Source: an uncultured Gemmatimonadota bacterium
Lineage (GTDB): Bacteria; Gemmatimonadota; Gemmatimonadetes; Palauibacterales; Palauibacteraceae
Assembly: GCA_964465015.1 (NCBI GenBank)
Contig: CAYXHP010000072.1
Span: 5,355-69,354, forward strand
DNA length: 64,000 bases
Reading direction: 5' to 3'
A program made the position numbers and the translations under genes. The notes beneath the pieces were generated by a model. It saw only the letters and a program-made list of their open reading frames with translations. It made no database searches and was not told the origin of the DNA. Positions 56,622 through 64,000 of the stretch are shown piece by piece. Every line of letters starts with the position of its first letter. The stretch's first letter is position 1.

Positions 56622-57800
56622 ATGCGCTCGTTCGACTACCTGATCATCGGCGCGGGAATGACCGCGGACGCCGCCGTGGCGGGCATCCGCGAGCAGGACG
56701 AGGACGGCTCCATCGGACTCATCGGCGCCGAGGAGGAGCCCCCCTACGACCGTCCCCCCCTCAGCAAGGGCCTGTGGAAGGACATGTCCGAGGAGGACAT
56801 CTGGCGGTCTTCCGCCGCCGACGAGGCCGATCTCCTCCTGGGACGGAGGGTCGTATCGCTGGACCGCGAGGCGAAGACCGTCCGGGACGACGGCGGCGAC
56901 GAGTACGGCTACGGCAAGCTTCTCCTGGCCACGGGCGGCGCGCCGCGGACCCTCCCCGACGCGCCCGCGGAGGTGATCCACTACCGGACCTTGGAGGACT
57001 ACCGGCGGCTGCGCGCGCTGGCGGACGACGCGCGCCGATTCATCATCGTCGGGGGCGGGTTCATCGGGAGCGAGGTCGCGGCGGCCCTGTGCATGGCCGA
57101 CCGGGACGTGACGATCGTGTTTCCGGAGAAGGACCTGTGCTCCCGGCTCTTCCCTGCGCGCCTGGCGAGCTTCGTCTCCGAGTACTTCCGGAAGCAGGGC
57201 GTGACGGTGCTATCCGGCGAGAGCGTGGCGGGCGTCTTCTCCCGGGACGGCGGCGTGCAGGTCTCCCTGCGGTCGGGCGAGTCGCTGCGCGCGGACGGGG
57301 TGGTGGTCGGCATCGGCATCGTCCCGGAGACCGGTCTGGCGGAGGACGCCGGCCTGGACGTCGGCGACGGGATCGTGGTGGACGCGCACCTGCGGACGAG
57401 CGACCCGGACATCTTCGCGGCGGGCGACGTGGCGTCCTTCCCCCATCCGGCTCTCCGCCGGCGCCTGCGCGTGGAGCACGAGGACGCTGCCAACACCATG
57501 GGCCGCCAGGCCGGACGCAACATGGCCGGGGCCGACGAGCCCTACGAGCACGTACCGCTCTTCTACTCCGACCTGTTCGACCTCGGCTACGAGGCGGTGG
57601 GCCGCGTGGACACGCGCCTGGACATCGTCGAGGACTGGGAGGAGGAGCATCGCAAGGGCGTGGTCTACTACCTCGAGGACGAGCGGGTCGAGGGCGTCCT
57701 GCTGTGGAACACGTGGGGGCAGGACGAGGCCGCCCGCGGACTCCTGCGCGACCGCTCGAAGATCCTCCCCGGCGACCTGGTGGGCCGCCTGCCCGAATAG
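56622..57800 (+). CDS. FAD-dependent pyridine nucleotide-disulfide oxidoreductase (AIF/ferredoxin-reductase-like)
   Basis: GGAGGAGAGG then ATG. The FAD site is DYLIIGAGMTADAA. The NAD site is FIIVGGGFIGSEVAA. There is a C-terminal reductase dimerisation domain. Confidence 0.8.
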   Translation: MRSFDYLIIGAGMTADAAVAGIREQDEDGSIGLIGAEEEPPYDRPPLSKGLWKDMSEEDIWRSSAADEADLLLGRRVVSLDREAKTVRDDGGDEYGYGKLLLATGGAPRTLPDAPAEVIHYRTLEDYRRLRALADDARRFIIVGGGFIGSEVAAALCMADRDVTIVFPEKDLCSRLFPARLASFVSEYFRKQGVTVLSGESVAGVFSRDGGVQVSLRSGESLRADGVVVGIGIVPETGLAEDAGLDVGDGIVVDAHLRTSDPDIFAAGDVASFPHPALRRRLRVEHEDAANTMGRQAGRNMAGADEPYEHVPLFYSDLFDLGYEAVGRVDTRLDIVEDWEEEHRKGVVYYLEDERVEGVLLWNTWGQDEAARGLLRDRSKILPGDLVGRLPE

Positions 57801-57903
57801 GCGGCAGCTTCGGCCGGACGCCCGCTCCGGCCGTATTCGCCGCTCCCAAACGCGCTGGAGGGCGCCGCCTTCCGGGCCTCCCGCGAGCGTTCGGTCGCCC
57901 CTC

Positions 57904-57938
57904 TTGCATTTCTATGCATCCATCTGAATAATCATGCT
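57904..57938 (+). promoter_or_regulatory. argG promoter with two tandem ARG-box-like palindromes (TGCATTTCTATGCA and TGAATAATCATGC), centres ~20 bp apart
   Basis: An AT-rich island 'ttgcatttctatgcatccatctgaataatcatgc' lies 65 bp upstream of argG. There is a possible TTGCAT(-35)/N17/AATAAT(-10). argR is encoded at the end of the same operon. Confidence 0.45.
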
Positions 57939-58002
57939 TCGTTCGCTCGGGGGCCGGCGTGCCACCGCTCCCCGGGTCCGGCACATGCACGAGGAGCACG
58001 AG

Positions 58003-59310
<1,308 letters not shown>

Positions 59311-59353
59311 GCCCGCCATCCTCCCCTTCCGGCCCGGAGGAGGGAGCGAAGCG

Positions 59354-60865
59354 GTGAGCCGATCCGACCAGAGCGGGAGCGACGATCGTCCGGCGGAGGA
59401 CGCGGGCGCCCATTCCGTCTGGGGCGGACGGTACGTGGAGCCCCTCGACCCCGCCATCCACGCCTTCACGAACTCCCTCCCCTTCGACCGCCGCCTGGTG
59501 CGGCACGACCTGGCGGCCAGCCTGGCCCACGTCCGCATGCTGCTCGAGACGGGCATCCTGGAGCCGGAGGACGCTGGCGCCATCCTGGACGGTCTATCGG
59601 GGCTGCTGGCCGACATCGAGGCGGGAGCGCTCGCGGTCGAGGGGCCGGACGAGGACATCCACGGCTGGATCGAGCGCCGCCTGGTCGAGCGGATCGGCCA
59701 GCCGGGTCGCCGCGTGCACACGGCCCGCAGCCGGAACGACCAGACGGGCGCGGCCCTGCGGCTGTGGGTGCGCGACGCGGCCGCGCGGCTCGTGGCGGCG
59801 GCGCTCGATCTGGCGTCCGCCTGGACGGACACGGCCGCCGGCCACGTCGAGACGTGGATGCCGGGCTACACCCACCTGCAGCGCGCGCAGCCGGTCACTC
59901 TCGCCCACCACCTCCTGGCCCACGTGTTCGCGCTCCTGGCCGACGCGGAACGCCTGAGGCGCGTGCACGCCGCCGCCGGTCTCTCGCCGCTCGGGGCCGG
60001 GGCGCTGGCCGGCACGTCGCACCCGGTCGACCCGGAGCGGACCGCCCGGCTGCTCGGCCTCGGGGGCGTCTACCCGAACACGCAGCTGGCCGTGGCCGAC
60101 CGCGACTACGTGGTCGAGGCCGCCTTCGCCGCCGCCCTCCTCATGACGCACCTGTCGCGCTGGGCCGAGGAGGTCGTGCTGTGGACTTCGGCCGAGTTCG
60201 GCTTCGCCGCCCTGTCGGACCGCGTCGCCCAGGGGAGCAGCCTCATGCCGCAGAAGAAGAACCCGGAGGCGGCCGAGGTCATTCGCGGAAAGAGCGGGCG
60301 GGCGATCGGCGACCTCGTCGCCCTGCTCACCGCGCTCAAGGGTCTCCCCCTCGCCTACGACAGTGACCTGCAGGAAGACAAGGAGGCGCTGTTCGACGCC
60401 GTCGACACGGCGCTCGCCTCACTGCTCGGGGCGCGGGCGCTCTCCGCCGGACTGGAGTATCGGCCCGGGCGCATGCGGGATGCGCTCCGCGGCGGGTTCC
60501 TGACCGCCACGGACCTGGCCGACCACCTGGTGCGGCGCGGCGTCCCGTTCCGGACCGCGCACGCCCATGCGGGCGCGGCCGTGCGGGAGGCCGAGTCCCG
60601 GGGCGTGGAGCTGGCCGAGCTGCCGGGGGATGTCCTCCTGCGCGCCTGTCCCGAGATCGGGCCGGAGCCTCCCGACCTGTCGGCGGAAGCGGCGGCCCGG
60701 GCTCGACGGTCCCCGGGCGGGCCGGCCCCGGAGCGGACGGCCGAGCAGGTCGATGAAGCCAGGCGCCGCGTGGCGGAGCTTCGGGGCTGGGTGAACGGCC
60801 TGGAGGAGCCCCCGATCCTGTGGGCCCACCGGACCGGCACCCTCCGGGATCCAGATCTCCCGTGA
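59354..60865 (+). CDS. argH: argininosuccinate lyase
   Basis: GTG start after GGAGGAGGGAG. The fumarase/ASL superfamily motif is GSSLMPQKKNPE. The ArgH-type N-terminus is SVWGGRY... Confidence 0.9.
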   Translation: MSRSDQSGSDDRPAEDAGAHSVWGGRYVEPLDPAIHAFTNSLPFDRRLVRHDLAASLAHVRMLLETGILEPEDAGAILDGLSGLLADIEAGALAVEGPDEDIHGWIERRLVERIGQPGRRVHTARSRNDQTGAALRLWVRDAAARLVAAALDLASAWTDTAAGHVETWMPGYTHLQRAQPVTLAHHLLAHVFALLADAERLRRVHAAAGLSPLGAGALAGTSHPVDPERTARLLGLGGVYPNTQLAVADRDYVVEAAFAAALLMTHLSRWAEEVVLWTSAEFGFAALSDRVAQGSSLMPQKKNPEAAEVIRGKSGRAIGDLVALLTALKGLPLAYDSDLQEDKEALFDAVDTALASLLGARALSAGLEYRPGRMRDALRGGFLTATDLADHLVRRGVPFRTAHAHAGAAVREAESRGVELAELPGDVLLRACPEIGPEPPDLSAEAAARARRSPGGPAPERTAEQVDEARRRVAELRGWVNGLEEPPILWAHRTGTLRDPDLP

Positions 60866-61329
60866 ACCGGCGCGAGCGGGAACGGCTCATCCGGGAGATC
60901 GTGGCCGACTCGCCCATCGGCACGCAGGAGGAGCTCGTCCGGGCCCTGGCGGCCCGCGGCATCGAGGTGACACAGGCCACCGTGTCCCGCGACATTCACC
61001 GGCTCGGACTCGTCAAGGTGCCCGATGCGGGCGGACGCTACCGCTACACGCTCCCCGAGACCTTCGAGGAGCACGCGGCACCGGACGCCTCGGAAGCTCT
61101 GCGGCGCGCGTTCGAGGAATTCGTGCTCGATGTCGATCCCGTGCGGGACATCGTCGTGGTGAACACCGAGATGGGGGCGGCCAACGCCGTGGCCGTGGCC
61201 CTGGACGAGGCCAGGATACCGGGCGTGGCGGCCACCCTGGCCGGCGACGACACGATCTTCGTCCTCACCCGCTGCGAGCTGGACCGGCGCCGCGTGCTGG
61301 TCGCGCTTCGGGACATGCTGGTGGGCTGA
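60862..61329 (+). CDS. argR: arginine repressor
   Basis: GTGA overlap with argH. The N-terminal winged helix is QEELVRALAARGIEVTQATVSRDIHRLGLVK. The C-terminal oligomerisation/arginine-binding segment is GDDTIFVL. Confidence 0.85.
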   Translation: MNRRERERLIREIVADSPIGTQEELVRALAARGIEVTQATVSRDIHRLGLVKVPDAGGRYRYTLPETFEEHAAPDASEALRRAFEEFVLDVDPVRDIVVVNTEMGAANAVAVALDEARIPGVAATLAGDDTIFVLTRCELDRRRVLVALRDMLVG

Positions 61330-61353
61330 GCGGGACGACCCCCTCGCGGCGCC

Positions 61354-62856
61354 TCACCCGCTCCACTGCTCGAGCCACCTCTCCAGCGAGACCTTCCTGC
61401 GAGTCGCCTCGCTGCTCATGGACCGGACCTTCCCGAACACGGGACGCTGCGGCCACCCGCGGTCGTAACGACCCAGGCACCACAGGATCCCGTTGTAGGA
61501 GTTCGGATCCCGCCCGTCCACGGCCCAGCGGTCGTTGAGGTGGAGCATGACCCGGAGGGCGTCGCGCGGGTGCTCGCTCCACTCCAGGATCTTCTTTCCC
61601 CACAGCATTCGCATGTGGTTGTGGATGCGGCCCTCGCCGAGCAGCTGCCGCTGGGCCGCGTTCCACACCTCATCGTGGGTCGCCGCCGCCTCGAAGGTCC
61701 CCTCGTCGTAGCTCCACTCGCGCAGGTCGGAGGCATGCTCCTCCAGCGTGTCGCGGGCCCATTCCGGCAGCGACTCCCAGCGCTCGAAGTCGTCCGTGAG
61801 CGCGCAGCGGTTGAAGCCGATCTCGCGCCAGGTGACGAGCTCGTCCAGGAAGGCCTCGGCCTCCGGGCTCATGCCCCACCAGCCCTCGCGCGCGCCGTCG
61901 GTCCGATCCGAAATTCGGTCGGGAGACCAGCTCTCCCTCGAGGCCACGGCCCGGAACACCTCGTGCGCCGACACGTGCCCGAAGTGGAGCCAGGGCGACA
62001 GGCCGCTCGCGGCATCGGCGTCGGGATCGGAGCGATGCTCGGCATAGCGGGGCAGGCGTTCCCGGATGAAGGCGGAGAGCACCTCCGAGGCCGCCACGGC
62101 GCCGCCCCGGAAGGGCACGGGAGGCACTCCGTGGTCGATGGGCAGGGACCCGAGGCCGCGGTCGCCGACGCCGGCTCCGGCTTCCGTGCGCCCCGGCTCC
62201 AGGAGCTCCTCGGACGCGGCGGGCCACCGGTCCGCGATTTGGGGCGGAATCGGCGGCGCCCCGGGAAGCGGGTCTCCGAGCAGCGGGTGCTCGTCCGGGA
62301 AGCGGTCCAGCCACGCCGGGAGCTCGCCCTGCAGGAAGCGCCGGAACGACCGGGCCGTGCGGAAGACGCGCTCGGTGGCGCGCAGGGGCAGGAGGCCGTT
62401 GGAATCGACCGCTTCGAGCCGAACGTCCAGCTTCCGGGCGGCGGCCTCCAGCATGCGGGGCAGGAAGAAGCACGGCCAGTCGTCGGTCACCACGATGCAG
62501 GCCCGCGAGGCCCAGGCGGCCAGCAGTCCCTTGCCCGCCCCGGGCGAGGGCTCCACGTAGGGGTGGTAGAGCGCCCTGGCGCCCCCCAGCCGGTTCCGCT
62601 GGTCGGCCATGCCGTCCAGCACGAACCGGTGGTGTCGGTTCGAAGCCCAGCGATAGTCGCAGCGGAGCGCTTCGAGCAGGACGAGGGGCCGGTCCAGGTC
62701 GCGGGCGTGCTCGACGGCTCGCTGGAGCGCGAAGTTGGCGTCCAGCCTCCGGAAGGCCGTCATCCAGTAGAGGATGATGCCCCGGTCCCGGCGCAGGGGC
62801 GCGTCGTTGACGATGCGGACGCGGATCGCGGGGACTCCGGCCGTGTCGCCGCTCAT
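61354..62856 (-). CDS. phr: deoxyribodipyrimidine photolyase, class II-like
   Basis: The N-terminal segment is ILYWMTAFRRLDANFALQRAVEHA. The C-terminal FAD-binding helical domain includes RIHNHMRMLWGKKILEW and NGILWCLGRYDRGW. Confidence 0.85.
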   Translation of the reverse strand: MSGDTAGVPAIRVRIVNDAPLRRDRGIILYWMTAFRRLDANFALQRAVEHARDLDRPLVLLEALRCDYRWASNRHHRFVLDGMADQRNRLGGARALYHPYVEPSPGAGKGLLAAWASRACIVVTDDWPCFFLPRMLEAAARKLDVRLEAVDSNGLLPLRATERVFRTARSFRRFLQGELPAWLDRFPDEHPLLGDPLPGAPPIPPQIADRWPAASEELLEPGRTEAGAGVGDRGLGSLPIDHGVPPVPFRGGAVAASEVLSAFIRERLPRYAEHRSDPDADAASGLSPWLHFGHVSAHEVFRAVASRESWSPDRISDRTDGAREGWWGMSPEAEAFLDELVTWREIGFNRCALTDDFERWESLPEWARDTLEEHASDLREWSYDEGTFEAAATHDEVWNAAQRQLLGEGRIHNHMRMLWGKKILEWSEHPRDALRVMLHLNDRWAVDGRDPNSYNGILWCLGRYDRGWPQRPVFGKVRSMSSEATRRKVSLERWLEQWSG

Positions 62857-62937
62857 GGCTCCTCGCCGGGGGCGGCCGCGCTCAGGCCTGCCGCGAGGAC
62901 GCCGCCGCGGCGGCCGGCGCCGGGACCGGCCGGCGGA

Positions 62938-63261
62938 TCAGGAAGAAGGGGGAGGCGAAGCCGTGTCCGCGGCGCTCCGCAGGAGTTCGTCCAGGTACAC
63001 CCGGAGCTCATCCAGCCGGCCGGGAACCAGCGAGTAGTACACCCAGCGTCCCTCGCGCCGGTCGGAGACGAGTCCGGCATCGCGGAGCGACTTCAGGTGG
63101 AAGGAGAGCAGCGACTGGGCGACCTCCAGCTCCTCCGTAAGTCGGCCCACGCACTTCTCGCCACCCCGGAGCAGGCCGAGTATTCGGAGACGTTTCGGGT
63201 CGGAAAGGGCCTGGAAGCAGCGGCCCATTTCCCGCGCGGGAACGGCAGCTTCGACTTTCAT
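62938..63261 (-). CDS. ArsR/SmtB-family transcriptional regulator
   Basis: CFQALSDPKRLRILGLL...CVGRLTEELEVAQSLLSFHLKSLRDAGLV is a canonical ArsR HTH. Confidence 0.8.
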   Translation of the reverse strand: MKVEAAVPAREMGRCFQALSDPKRLRILGLLRGGEKCVGRLTEELEVAQSLLSFHLKSLRDAGLVSDRREGRWVYYSLVPGRLDELRVYLDELLRSAADTASPPPSS

Positions 63262-63285
63262 GCATACAAAATGTATTCCGTATGC
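63262..63285 (+). promoter_or_regulatory. inverted repeat GCATACaaaatgtattccGTATGC (inner ATACA-aaa-TGTAT) abutting the arsR start codon; candidate ArsR operator
   Basis: A 6-12-6 inverted repeat in an AT-rich patch immediately upstream (in the mRNA sense) of the minus-strand arsR ATG. Confidence 0.45.
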
Positions 63286-63304
63286 CGGAAGTCAAGCAGG
63301 CCCG

Positions 63305-64000
63305 TCAGGCCGTCGCGGCGCCCAGGGCGGCCACGACGGTGTCGTGCACGGGGGTCGGCACTCCGGCGCGCCGACCCAGCCGCGTCACGGCGCCGCTCAG
63401 GATGTCGAGCTCGGTCGGCCCGCCCGCCTCGACGTCGAGGACGAAGCTCGGCACCATGGCGCCGGGCAGGCCGGCGATGAACTCGACCGCGCGCGACTCC
63501 TCGTCATCGGGGAGGGCGGCCCCGGCGGCCCGTCCCACGGCCGCCGCCTCGGCCACGGCTCGCTCGATCAGCAGGAGCCCGAGCTCGGCCTCGCGCACCC
63601 GGCCGACGGAAGCCCGGGCCAGGCCGCACGCGCCCGAGATCGCTGTCAGGAACACGAACTTCCGCCACAGGTCGACCTCGATCTCCCCCGATGCCCGGGC
63701 GTCGGCCCCCGCCTCGCGGAAGATCTCCGCCACCCGCTCGACTCGCTCGGAGAGTCCACCGCCGGGCTCCCCCACGACGACCCGCCGGAACGGGCTCCTC
63801 CGCTCGATGATGCCGGGCGCCACCTTCGCGGCACTGATCGTGGTGACCCCGGCCAGGAGCCTCTCCTCCGGGACGCCGCCCTCCCGCAGGCGGGCCACCG
63901 CCTCGACTCCGTTGAGGAACGGGAGGACATCGGCGCCGGCGGCCGCCAGGCTCGCTGCGGCGGGCGTGACCGAGGCGAGTGAATAGGCCTTCACCGTGAC
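63305..64000 (-). CDS. panE: 2-dehydropantoate 2-reductase (ketopantoate reductase), C-terminal portion; gene continues beyond the window end
   Basis: The stop is at 63305. The translation up to the window edge matches the ApbA/PanE C-terminal helical domain (WRKFVFLTAISGACG..., VTRLGRRAGVPTPVHDTVV). The N-terminus lies outside the window. Confidence 0.7.
   Translation of the reverse strand, partial: VTVKAYSLASVTPAAASLAAAGADVLPFLNGVEAVARLREGGVPEERLLAGVTTISAAKVAPGIIERRSPFRRVVVGEPGGGLSERVERVAEIFREAGADARASGEIEVDLWRKFVFLTAISGACGLARASVGRVREAELGLLLIERAVAEAAAVGRAAGAALPDDEESRAVEFIAGLPGAMVPSFVLDVEAGGPTELDILSGAVTRLGRRAGVPTPVHDTVVAALGAATA

Overview
64 kb of very GC-rich (~70%) chromosomal DNA from a diderm bacterium. 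The phylum cannot be determined from the sequence. Coding density is high on both strands. Many long arginine/proline/glycine-rich ORFs in the six-frame track are off-frame artefacts of GC bias, and I ignored them. The outstanding feature is a complete, co-directional curli (functional amyloid) locus at about 2.9-9.0 kb. It comprises csgE, csgF and an unusually long csgG with an extra C-terminal beta-barrel-like domain. These are followed by two tandemly duplicated curlin-repeat major subunits and a third curlin-repeat protein with a distinct cysteine-containing N-domain. The last gene is a translationally coupled lipoprotein with a carboxypeptidase-regulatory-like domain. No csgD, csgC or csgH was found. 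The locus sits behind an AT-rich upstream region, and a strong GC hairpin separates the duplicated subunits from the third curlin protein. The rest of the window is housekeeping and accessory genes. Housekeeping genes include fumC, metE, pyrE, nfuA, fur, rlpA, a ClC channel, a cardiolipin synthase and a class II photolyase. An argG-argH-argR operon has tandem ARG-box-like operators upstream. A ModE-like MerR/TOBE regulator is coupled to a solute-binding protein. Stress-type small enzymes include two OsmC, two DinB-like and several VOC/cupin proteins. A MarR regulator with a sharply AT-rich palindromic operator lies beside an orphan AhbD/NirJ-like radical SAM/SPASM enzyme. A Tat-exported MsrB is followed by an AIF-like flavoprotein reductase. 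There is a secreted low-complexity repeat protein carrying a 3x30-bp tandem DNA repeat, and a frameshifted SnoaL-like gene remnant. GTGA and ATGA start/stop overlaps (translational coupling) recur throughout. No rRNA, tRNA or CRISPR arrays were recognised. Coordinates of starts are by eye and may be off by a few codons, and in places by 1 nt.
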